Positions 41,737 to 49,729 of a DNA stretch of 64,000 bases are shown here, piece after piece (position 1 is the first letter of the stretch; the number at the start of each line of letters is the position of its first letter). This DNA is from an uncultured Sphingopyxis sp. Its GTDB lineage: Bacteria > Pseudomonadota > Alphaproteobacteria > Sphingomonadales > Sphingomonadaceae. The notes below the pieces were generated by a model. It made no database searches. It saw only the letters and a program-made list of their open reading frames with translations, and was not told the origin of the DNA. The stretch is taken from contig CAZKOW010000001.1 of NCBI GenBank assembly GCA_964554455.1, positions 132,951 through 196,950 of the forward strand, given 5' to 3'. A program made the translations under genes and the position numbers.

Positions 41737-43926
41737 ATGGCAACCTTGGTGCTGACGGCGGTGGGAACGGCGCTGGGTGGGCCGATCGGCGGCGCGCTGG
41801 GGGCACTGCTGGGGCAGAGCGCCGACGCTGCGCTGTTCGCGCCGCGGGCGCGTCAGGGCCCGCGCCTCACCGATTTCAAGGTGCAGACGTCGAGCTATGG
41901 CGACCGCATCCCGCGCCTCTATGGCACCATGCGCGTGGCCGGGACGGTCATCTGGGCCACCGACCTGGTGGAACGGCGCAGCAAAAGGTCGAACGGCAAG
42001 GGCCGCCCGAAAACGATTGAATATCAATATAGCGCCTCCTTTGCCGTCGCCCTGTCCAGCCGCCCGATTTTGGCCATCCGCCGCATCTGGGCCGATGGCC
42101 GCATCTTGCGCGACAGCACGGGAACGATGGCCGAAGCCGGGGCGCTGCGCGTCCATGATGGCGGCGCGGATCAGGCCCCCGACCCATTGATTGCCAGCCA
42201 TGTCGGCGCGGACCGGTGCAGCGCCTTTCGCGGCATCGCCTATGCCTTGTTCGAGGATCTGGACCTGACCGCCTTTGGCAATCGCATCCCGCAATTGACC
42301 TTTGAGGTGGCGGCCGATGACGGTGACGTCGCCCCAGGCCTGATCGTCAGCGACTTGACCGGCCTTGCTGTCCCGCCCGATGGCACGCTGCTGGGCGGCT
42401 TTGCGGCGGTGGGGGAGCGGCGGCGCGATGTGCTGGCCCCGCTCATCGAATGGGGCGATCTGGCGCTGCGCCGCGCTGGCGCCGCGCTGCACCTTGCTGG
42501 GCCGGACAGCGGCGGCGCGGCTGGGGCCGACCCGGCGGCGGCGCGGGTGCATGCCGCGCAGCCGCTGGTCGCCGACGAAAGCCAGCGCCGCCCCTGGGCC
42601 AAGGTGCCGGACGCGGTGCGGCTGCGCCATTATGATCCCGCGCGCGATTATCAGACCAGCGAGCAACGCGCGGCGGTGGCGGGGGGCAGCGGCGCGGCGC
42701 GCGCCATCGACCTGCCCAGCGCCTTGACCGCAGCCAGGGCGCAGGGCGCGGCGCAGCGGCTGGCCATGGCCGCCGCCAACCGCCGCCGGATGGTCCTCTG
42801 CCGGGGCGGACTGGGGGCCATGACGCTGCCGCTCGGCGCGCCGGTGACGCTGGCGCTGGCCGATGACCATATCCGCCGCTGGCAAGTGAGCGAGCGGCAA
42901 TTGGGCGATGATGGCGTGCGGTTGACGCTGGTAGAGCTGGAGGCCAGCGGCGCGGCGTCCGCGCCCGCCGCGGCGGATGGGGGCACCGCGCTGACCAGCG
43001 GCGATCTGCCCGCCAGCGCCGCCATGCTGGCCATTTTCGACGTGCCGGGTGACGGCGATGCCGCGCGCACCGCGCCGCTGCGGCTGATGGCGGCGGCGGG
43101 CCCCGATCCCGCCTGGCGCGGAGCCGATCTGTGGTGGGTGGCAGCGGCGGGGGCAGAGCCCGAACCGCTGGGCCGCATTGCCGCAGCGGCGGCGCTGGGC
43201 ACTAGCCTGACCGTGCTGCCGCCCGGGATAACCGCGCTGATCGACCGCGCGCAACCCCTTGATATCCAATTGCTGAACGACGCGATGACGCTTCAGAATG
43301 TCCCCCTGACGGGGCTGGCGAGCGGGGCCAATGCGGCGATGCTAGGCGACGAGCTCATCCAGTTTGAGCGCGCCCAGCCATTGGGCGCGGCGCGCTGGCG
43401 GCTCACCGGGCTGCTGCGCGGGCGGGGCGGCACGGGGACCCCGGCGGGCGGGCATCCCATTGGCGCACCCTTTGTCCTGGTGGATGACGCCGCGCTCTTG
43501 CCGTTGCCCGATGCCATGGCGCTGCGTTCGGTCGGCGGCGGTGCAGCCATTGACTGGCAGGTGCGCGGCACCGCCGTGATGCACCAGACCGCCTTGCCGC
43601 CGGGTCAGCGCGCGTTGGTGCCGCTGTCCCCGGTGCATGGCCGCGCGGTGCGGCTTGCCGATGGCCGGGTTCAGCTGCGCTGGACCGCGCGCAGCCGCGC
43701 GGGCGCGGCATGGCGCGACGGTGTGGACGGCCCGGTGGGCGAGGCGCAGTCGCACTTCGTCATCCGATTCACCGGTGCCGACGGCAGCGCGCAGACCGCC
43801 GAAGCCAGCGCCCCCGAATGGCTGCTGCCCGCCACCGGCTTTCTGCCCGGCTCGACCGCCTGGGTGGAGCAGCGCGGCGATTATGCCGTGTCGCCGCCGC
43901 TGGCCATTGCGCTGCCCGCCGCCTGA
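41737..43926 (+). CDS. GTA g15 host-specificity (megatron-like) protein, short form
   Basis: 729 aa. Gly-rich N-terminus 'MATLVLTAVGTALGGPIGGALGALLG' and 'DRIPRLYGTMRVAGTVIWATD', 'FRGIAYALFEDLDLTAFGNRIPQLTFEV'. Confidence 0.85.
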   Translation: MATLVLTAVGTALGGPIGGALGALLGQSADAALFAPRARQGPRLTDFKVQTSSYGDRIPRLYGTMRVAGTVIWATDLVERRSKRSNGKGRPKTIEYQYSASFAVALSSRPILAIRRIWADGRILRDSTGTMAEAGALRVHDGGADQAPDPLIASHVGADRCSAFRGIAYALFEDLDLTAFGNRIPQLTFEVAADDGDVAPGLIVSDLTGLAVPPDGTLLGGFAAVGERRRDVLAPLIEWGDLALRRAGAALHLAGPDSGGAAGADPAAARVHAAQPLVADESQRRPWAKVPDAVRLRHYDPARDYQTSEQRAAVAGGSGAARAIDLPSALTAARAQGAAQRLAMAAANRRRMVLCRGGLGAMTLPLGAPVTLALADDHIRRWQVSERQLGDDGVRLTLVELEASGAASAPAAADGGTALTSGDLPASAAMLAIFDVPGDGDAARTAPLRLMAAAGPDPAWRGADLWWVAAAGAEPEPLGRIAAAAALGTSLTVLPPGITALIDRAQPLDIQLLNDAMTLQNVPLTGLASGANAAMLGDELIQFERAQPLGAARWRLTGLLRGRGGTGTPAGGHPIGAPFVLVDDAALLPLPDAMALRSVGGGAAIDWQVRGTAVMHQTALPPGQRALVPLSPVHGRAVRLADGRVQLRWTARSRAGAAWRDGVDGPVGEAQSHFVIRFTGADGSAQTAEASAPEWLLPATGFLPGSTAWVEQRGDYAVSPPLAIALPAA

Positions 43927-43955
43927 TCGGTCCATAGAGCAAAAAGGAACACCAA

Positions 43956-44408
43956 ATGAGTGGCTTTTACGAAACAAGCCGGTGGAAATTGCCGCTGCTG
44001 GCGGTCAACCAGCTGCAAAAAGAGGTGACGCATAACGAGGCGCTGACGCTGGTGGATTTGCTGCTGGCGATTGCGGTGGCAGGCGCGCCGCAAAATGCCC
44101 CGCCGACTGCGCCAGAGGTGGGCCAATGCTGGCTGATCGGTCCTGCGCCGACCGGGGACTGGGCGGGCCGCGCGGGGCAGATTGCGGGGTGGACCAGCGG
44201 CGGGTGGCGCTGGATTGACCCACCGCTGGGCCTGACCGTGCGCGCCGCCGATGGCCGCATCTTCACGCTTGGCGCCGCGGGATGGAGCGCGCCGCCCGGC
44301 ATCGCCGAACCCAGCGGCGGCAGCGTCGTCGATTCGTCCGCGCGCGCGGCCATCACGGCAGTGATTCAGGCGCTGCGCAGCCAGGGCTTGCTGTCACCAC
44401 TGTCATAA
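43956..44408 (+). CDS. DUF2793-like protein commonly trailing GTA clusters
   Basis: 150 aa. 'RWKLPLLAVNQLQKEVTHNEALTLVDLL' and 'GQIAGWTSGGWRWIDP'. Confidence 0.65.
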   Translation: MSGFYETSRWKLPLLAVNQLQKEVTHNEALTLVDLLLAIAVAGAPQNAPPTAPEVGQCWLIGPAPTGDWAGRAGQIAGWTSGGWRWIDPPLGLTVRAADGRIFTLGAAGWSAPPGIAEPSGGSVVDSSARAAITAVIQALRSQGLLSPLS

Positions 44409-44534
44409 ACGTCGGTTTTCCGTCCATGCTGCTGCATTTGCGCAACAGTTCGGGCAATTGGGCGCTTGCACCGCCGGGCTGGCGCGGGTAGGAGCACCGC
44501 AGAGACTTGTCTCGTTAATGAAAGGGGATTTCTT

Positions 44535-45665
44535 ATGAGGAAGCTTGCCGCCGCTGTGGCGTTGGCCTCCACTGCCCTGGCGTCGCCGGCTCTGGCGCGC
44601 GACGACTCCTGGTATGTGGGTGTTGGGGCTGGTGTGATGATCGTAGAGGATATGCTCCTCGACATTCGCGGCGTGAACGACGCCGGCACCGTCGACTATG
44701 ACTCGGGCTATGACGTCGAAGGCGTCGTCGGCTATGATTTCGGTGGTTTCCGCGCTGAAGTCGAAGTTGGCTATCGTCAGGCTTCGGCTGGCAGCATCGC
44801 CGTCTCGGCTCCGGGCATTCCGTCCAATGCGAACGGCACGGGCACCTTCACCGGCACCCGCCCGACCAACGGCGACGTCAATGTCCTGTCCTTCATGCTG
44901 AACGGCTTGCTCGACTTCGGCGACGATGACGGCATCCAGGGCTTTGTCGGTGGCGGCGTGGGCGTTGCCCGCACCGACATCACCAACGTCTTTGCGGGCC
45001 CGTGGCTCGCCGATTCGGACACGGGCTTTGCCTGGCAGGCCATTGCTGGCGTGCGCGCGCCGATTTCGGACAATTGGGACGTTGGCCTGAAGTATCGCTT
45101 CTTCAACACCGATGCGGTCAATCTGATCGACCAGCGCGGCTTTAACGTGGATTCGCGTTACCGGTCGCATTCGCTGCTCGGCACGCTGACCTACAACTTC
45201 GGTGGCCCGGCTGCCCCGCCGCCGCCGGCCCCGCCGCCGCCGGCACCTCCGGCACCGCCGGCTCCGCCGCCGCCGCCCCCGCCGCCTCCCCCGCCGCCGC
45301 CGCCGATGGTGTGCTCGGGTGCGACCAACATCGTGTATTTCGACTGGGATCAGTCGGCCATCACGCCGGAAGCGGCTTCGACCCTCGACAACGTGGTCAG
45401 CGCGTATAACCGTGGCTGCTCGGGTCAGAAGGTCATGCTGGCGGGTCACGCCGACCGTTCGGGTCGTCCGGCCTATAACGTGGGTCTTTCGCAGCGCCGC
45501 AACGCGGCTGTGCGCAGCTACCTGTCGTCGCGCGGCATCTCGGATGGCGTGTTCAGCGAAGAAGCCTTCGGTGAATCGCGTCCGGCCGTTGCCACCGCCG
45601 ACGGTGTCCGCAACGACCAGAACCGCCGGGTGGAAATCACCTACGGTCCGGGTTCGGGCATGTAA
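44535..45665 (+). CDS. OmpA-family outer-membrane protein (beta-barrel + poly-Pro linker + OmpA_C)
   Basis: Signal peptide 'MRKLAAAVALASTALASPALA' and an 8-strand-type barrel ending 'LLGTLTYNF'. A ~33-residue Pro/Ala linker is followed by 'YFDWDQSAI...GHADRSGRPAYNVGLSQRRNAAV'. Confidence 0.9.
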   Translation: MRKLAAAVALASTALASPALARDDSWYVGVGAGVMIVEDMLLDIRGVNDAGTVDYDSGYDVEGVVGYDFGGFRAEVEVGYRQASAGSIAVSAPGIPSNANGTGTFTGTRPTNGDVNVLSFMLNGLLDFGDDDGIQGFVGGGVGVARTDITNVFAGPWLADSDTGFAWQAIAGVRAPISDNWDVGLKYRFFNTDAVNLIDQRGFNVDSRYRSHSLLGTLTYNFGGPAAPPPPAPPPPAPPAPPAPPPPPPPPPPPPPPMVCSGATNIVYFDWDQSAITPEAASTLDNVVSAYNRGCSGQKVMLAGHADRSGRPAYNVGLSQRRNAAVRSYLSSRGISDGVFSEEAFGESRPAVATADGVRNDQNRRVEITYGPGSGM

Positions 45666-45706
45666 GCCGCTTTCCTCTGATGAAGTGTCAGAGGTCAACA
45701 TTAAGG

Positions 45707-45738
45707 GCGGCACCGCAATTGTGGTGTCGCCTTTTTTG
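45707..45738 (+). terminator. rho-independent terminator of ompA
   Basis: GGCGGCACC-gcaattgt-GGTGTCGCC followed by TTTTTTG. Confidence 0.8.
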
Positions 45739-45871
45739 TGGGTATTGTTTTTCCAGATCGCTCACTTATTTGTTTGCGCTCGGGTAAGATGCCTGAAACT
45801 ATCGTGGGGTAGGCTTCGGACGGTGGGGCATGCAATTGCCAATGTAACCTTCTGACTAAGGCCAATTTATT

Positions 45872-46189
45872 ATGAAGTTAAACCTAGTCCTCGCTTTGAA
45901 TGGCCCAGACAGCGTTGCAACTCTGGCTGAAAATATTGAGCGTATTTATCCCGAGCGCTATCGTCGGAAGCTCTCGGATAAGCCAGCTTGGATCGTTGTA
46001 GATAATGCGCTGACGCGCGATATCTCAGACAAGCTCGGAATCAGTGCTGGAGATGGCGGTATCTCGGCGCTTGTTTCGACAATTACCAGCTATTTTGGAC
46101 GTGCGGAACCAGACCTATGGGAATGGATGTCTCTAAGAATGGAGGAGCGTCCAGATGGCGCCCCGCAGACAGACGCCGACGCAGCGTAA
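45872..46189 (+). CDS. hypothetical protein (AT-rich islet, gene 1)
   Basis: 105 aa with no recognisable motif and AT-richer codon usage than the flanks. Confidence 0.45.
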   Translation: MKLNLVLALNGPDSVATLAENIERIYPERYRRKLSDKPAWIVVDNALTRDISDKLGISAGDGGISALVSTITSYFGRAEPDLWEWMSLRMEERPDGAPQTDADAA

Positions 46190-46232
46190 CCTTCAGACCC
46201 CGCTGTCCCAAGGATTGGTCCCAGGTGGGAAT

Positions 46233-46553
46233 ATGCCTGGTTTGGCAGGGGACGCTGGATTTGAAATCGGCCGAATTGCTGCCAACATTGACAGCATTCA
46301 AAATCGATTGGAACAGCTTGAGACGTCGCAGCGAGAACATGACCGGTTTGTAGAGCGGTTCAAAGGGATAGCCATTGTTTCCGGCGTCTTGATAAGCGCT
46401 GTAATTGCCATTCTTCTGTTTTTCTTCGCTGAAACTGCAACAACCTTGAAGAAGATGGCCGAACGGGAACAAGTCCGAATCGAAAATGAAGCTAGCGAGG
46501 AACGAAAAGCCCTGATCTCAATTGAACGAGTTGATGGTGATAAGAACAAATAG
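46233..46553 (+). CDS. hypothetical coiled-coil / single-TM protein (AT-rich islet, gene 2)
   Basis: 106 aa from ATG 46233. 'IDSIQNRLEQLETSQREHDRFVERF' is coiled, followed by the TM helix 'IAIVSGVLISAVIAILLFFFA' and a charged C-tail. Confidence 0.45.
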   Translation: MPGLAGDAGFEIGRIAANIDSIQNRLEQLETSQREHDRFVERFKGIAIVSGVLISAVIAILLFFFAETATTLKKMAEREQVRIENEASEERKALISIERVDGDKNK

Positions 46554-46594
46554 ATTTGCTACCCTTTCTCACCCATTTACTCTGGCTTAGGCTT

Positions 46595-47146
46595 TCACTC
46601 TCCCCCGCTCTTGCGCGCGTGCTGCGCCATATAGGGGACATAGTCGATCTTGCCGATCGGCACGCCGCGCATGCGCAGGATCGCATAGGCGGCCATGATG
46701 TGGAAGAAAAACTGCGGCACTGCCCAGTCGCGGACATAGTCGGCGGCGGTCAGGTCGAACGCCATGCCATTGGGCAGATCAAAGCTGATGATGGCCTTGG
46801 GCGCGGCGTCGGTCTGGTCTGGGCCAAAGCCCGCAACTATGTCGGCGGCCGCCGCAATGCGGTCGCGATAGGCGGCGATGGAGCCGCTTGCCGCCGCGGG
46901 TTCGGGCAACGCCGCGCCGGTCAGTCGGCGGAGCGGCTGCAGCATCTGGGCCACCACAAAATCCAGCTGCTTGGCCAGCGGGAACATGTCGGGCGCCAGC
47001 TGGCTGTCCAGCACATCCTGTTGGCATTCACCCATATAGGAGCACCAGGCCGCCGCCTTGTCGAGCTGCCCGCACAGCGCGCGTGCCTGCTGCACAAAGC
47101 CGATTACCACTTGATCATGCAGCATTTTTGGGGGCCCTTCCGTCAT
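46595..47146 (-). CDS. DUF1993-family protein
   Basis: 183 aa. 'DMFPLAKQLDFVVAQ' and 'VPQFFFHIMAAYAILRMRGVPIGKIDY' are typical of DUF1993. Confidence 0.7.
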   Translation of the reverse strand: MTEGPPKMLHDQVVIGFVQQARALCGQLDKAAAWCSYMGECQQDVLDSQLAPDMFPLAKQLDFVVAQMLQPLRRLTGAALPEPAAASGSIAAYRDRIAAAADIVAGFGPDQTDAAPKAIISFDLPNGMAFDLTAADYVRDWAVPQFFFHIMAAYAILRMRGVPIGKIDYVPYMAQHARKSGGE

Positions 47147-47158
47147 GCCGGCCTTCTG

Positions 47159-48946
47159 TCACGCGGGTTCATGAAATTGCAGCCGCGCGAGCCGGGCATA
47201 AAGGCCGTTTCGGGCGACCAGCTGATCATGGCTGCCCTGTTCGACAATGCGCCCTTCGTCCATCACGACGATGCGGTCGGCGGCGCGTACGGTGGCCAGC
47301 CGGTGCGCGATGACCACCGTGGTGCGGTCGGCCATCAGCCGGTCGAGCGCGTCCTGCACCAGCCGCTCGCTTTCCGCATCCAGCGCCGATGTCGCCTCAT
47401 CGAGCAGCAGGATCGGTGCCTCGCGCAGCAGCGCGCGGGCAATGGCGATCCGCTGGCGCTGCCCCCCCGACAGCCGCGCGCCGCCCTCTCCCATGAAGGT
47501 GTCGAGCCCTTCGGGCAGCTTGCGCAGAAACTCGGCGGCGTTGGCAGCCTCAGCCGCGGCCCAGATCGCCGCGTCATCGGCCAGCCAATTGCCATAGCGC
47601 AGATTGTCGCGCGCGCTGGCGGCGAAAATCACCACCTCTTGCGGCACCATGGCCAGCCGCGCGCGGACATCGGCGGGGTCGGCCTCGGCCAGCGGCACGC
47701 CGTCTATCGCGACCACTCCGTCCTGCGGATCATAAAAGCGCTGGGCGAGCTGAAACAGCGTCGTCTTGCCCGCGCCCGATGGCCCGACAATCGCGACCGT
47801 TTCGCGCGGCGCGATGGTCAGCGTGAAATCATGCAGCGCGGGGGCATCGGGACGCGCAGGGTAGCGAAATTCGACATGGGTGAAGCTGAGCGTGCCAACG
47901 GGCGGCAGCGGCATGGCGCGCGGCTGGGCGGGCGCGCGGATCGCGGGCTGCGCGGCGAGCAATTCGCTCAGCCGCTCCGACGCGCCCGCCGCGCGCAGCA
48001 AATCGCCCCACACCTCGGTCAGCGCGCCAAAGGCCCCGGCCACCAGCCCGCCATAGAGGACGAAGGCGCCGATGGTGCCGCCGCTGATCCGCCCCGCCGC
48101 CACCTCTTTCGCGCCAAAGAAGAGCAGGGTGGTAATCGCCCCGAACAACAGGCCAATGACCAGCGCCGTCATCACCGCGCGCACCGCCACGCGGCGGCGG
48201 GCCGTGGCAAAGGTCGCCTCGACCGCACCGGTGAAGCGGTCGGCCTCGCGCGATTCCTGGCCAAAGGCCTGGACGATCTTCATCGCGGCAAGCTGTTCAT
48301 TCGCCATCGCGCCGACATCGGCGACGCGGTCCTGGCTGGCGCGGGCAATGGCCTGCAACCGCCGCCCCAGCAGGACGATGGGCAGGATGATGATCGGAAT
48401 GCCCAGCAGCATCGCCCCGGTCAGCTGCGGCGACAGGGTGAAGAGCAGGCCGATGCCGCCCACCCCCATGACAATATTGCGCAGCGCGACCGACACGGTG
48501 GTGCCCACCACCTGTTCGATCAGCGCAGTGTCGGCGGTCATCCGGCTGGCGATTTCGGACGGGCGATTCTCTTCAAAAAAGGACGGGGCCAGGCGCAGCA
48601 GGTTGCGCTGCACCGCCTGGCGAATGTCCGCGACCACGCGCTCGCCCAGCCAGCTGACAAAGTAGAAGCGCACCGCCGTGGCCAGCGCGAGCACGACGAC
48701 AATCATGTAGAAATAGCGGAAATGCGGCGTCACATCGCCGCCGCCCGCAACAAAGCCGCTGTCGATCATCGCGCGAAACTGCCACGGAATGGCCAGCGTT
48801 GCCCCCGCCGCAAAGGCCAGCGCCAGCGCCGCCCCGGCAATCTTCCCCGGATAGGCCGCCGCAAAGCGCCAGATCATCCGCAGGCTGGCCAGCTTGCGGG
48901 GCTTGGGCGGCTCGGCTGCGGCGGCAATCGTTTCAGGCGAACTCAT
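47159..48946 (-). CDS. ABC exporter, fused permease/ATPase (MsbA/ABCB-like)
   Basis: 595 aa. Six-TM domain, Walker A 'GPSGAGKTT', signature 'LSGGQRQR' and Walker B 'ILLLDEATSALD'. Confidence 0.92.
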   Translation of the reverse strand: MSSPETIAAAAEPPKPRKLASLRMIWRFAAAYPGKIAGAALALAFAAGATLAIPWQFRAMIDSGFVAGGGDVTPHFRYFYMIVVVLALATAVRFYFVSWLGERVVADIRQAVQRNLLRLAPSFFEENRPSEIASRMTADTALIEQVVGTTVSVALRNIVMGVGGIGLLFTLSPQLTGAMLLGIPIIILPIVLLGRRLQAIARASQDRVADVGAMANEQLAAMKIVQAFGQESREADRFTGAVEATFATARRRVAVRAVMTALVIGLLFGAITTLLFFGAKEVAAGRISGGTIGAFVLYGGLVAGAFGALTEVWGDLLRAAGASERLSELLAAQPAIRAPAQPRAMPLPPVGTLSFTHVEFRYPARPDAPALHDFTLTIAPRETVAIVGPSGAGKTTLFQLAQRFYDPQDGVVAIDGVPLAEADPADVRARLAMVPQEVVIFAASARDNLRYGNWLADDAAIWAAAEAANAAEFLRKLPEGLDTFMGEGGARLSGGQRQRIAIARALLREAPILLLDEATSALDAESERLVQDALDRLMADRTTVVIAHRLATVRAADRIVVMDEGRIVEQGSHDQLVARNGLYARLARLQFHEPA

Positions 48947-48993
48947 AGCGTGGCCCTAGAGCGCCCACCGCCGCGCCGCAATGGGGCGGATAA

Positions 48994-49027
48994 GCCCCTC
49001 CCCTTCAGGGGAGGGGTTGGGGTGGGG
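48994..49027. repeat. REP family C ('PSPEGEG' palindrome)
   Basis: GCCCCTCCCCTTCAGGGGAGGGGTTGGGGTGGGG; its reverse complement recurs at 57411-57444. Confidence 0.9.
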
Positions 49028-49107
49028 TTTGTCGGCGTTACGCTGTGCCGCATTGGGCGAAGCGACTTGGCCTGAGTAAAGCGACCGGTCGAAACCGCCA
49101 CCGCAGT

Positions 49108-49185
49108 GCTGAGCTTGTCGAAGCACGACGCGCCGAACCAAGCCCATGACTCTGCCCTGCGCCACACCCTTCGACAAGCTCAGGG
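49108..49185. repeat. REP family A hairpin
   Basis: GCTGAGCTTGTCGAAG ... CCCTTCGACAAGCTCAGGG. Confidence 0.9.
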
Positions 49186-49200
49186 TTTCGGTGTTCTCCG

Positions 49201-49458
49201 TCACCGATTGTCGAGCTGCGCGCGCACGGCGCTCAGCCCGGCGCGGGTGATGCGATAGGGCTGGCCGCCGTGCGAGGCGATGAAGCCGCGGCGGCGCAGG
49301 CGCTGGAAAATGGCCAGCGTGCCGTCGGTCAGCACATAGCCTTCGCGGGTGAAGCAGGGCGCTTCGACGATATGACCCGATGGGTCGCGCCGGTGGCGAA
49401 TTTCGCCGCCCTGCGCCAGCGCGTGGAGCACGCGCTGTTCAGCCTTGGAAATATTCAT
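49201..49458 (-). CDS. UPF0386/YjhX-family small protein
   Basis: 85 aa from ATG 49458. '[20 protein letters not shown]...[16 protein letters not shown]' is typical of the YjhX family. Confidence 0.7.
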   Translation of the reverse strand: MNISKAEQRVLHALAQGGEIRHRRDPSGHIVEAPCFTREGYVLTDGTLAIFQRLRRRGFIASHGGQPYRITRAGLSAVRAQLDNR

Positions 49459-49729
49459 GGGATAATGTCCGAACAGGATTATGGGCGCGCACCGTCCCAT
49501 CGGGTCGGCGGCGGTTGGCCAGTCATCCCTTCACGCCGGGATGCTTAGCGGTGGCCCGCAAGCTCGGACATCAACACTCCATCGGCCCACCATGGGCCGT
49601 GGGAGGAGCTTATCGGGGGCATCGCCCAGCGGCAAGCACCGAAAAATGATGCATTGCACAAAAATCCATTGGGCCTAAACTGGCCGCTTTCCCGATGCTG
49701 GCATCAGACGGGCGCGGGGCAGCAGGGAC

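Larger units (their letters stand above)
26674..44408 (+). other. RcGTA-like gene transfer agent head-tail cluster (g1 to g15 + DUF2793) with insertions
   Basis: Colinear TerS-like, TerL, portal, protease, HK97 capsid, adaptor, DUF3168, major tail, chaperones, short TMP, DUF2460, DUF2163, NlpC/P60 and host-specificity genes. No integrase, repressor, replication or lysis genes. Confidence 0.85.

Noticed and set aside
26674-44408. Interpretation as an intact or defective prophage.
   Set aside because: There is no integrase, att-like direct repeat, repressor/antirepressor, replication or lysis gene. The gene order and small size match GTA head-tail clusters, and the flanking genes are native metabolic and envelope genes.
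44403-45713. 436-aa minus-strand ORF opposite ompA.
   Set aside because: It is antisense to a clear OmpA-family gene. It contains an Arg-run that mirrors the poly-Pro codons. Artefact.
46556-49075. 839-aa plus-strand ORF.
   Set aside because: It is antisense to the DUF1993 and ABC exporter genes, which have clear Walker and signature motifs. The composition is Arg/Gly/Gln-rich, so I treat it as an artefact.
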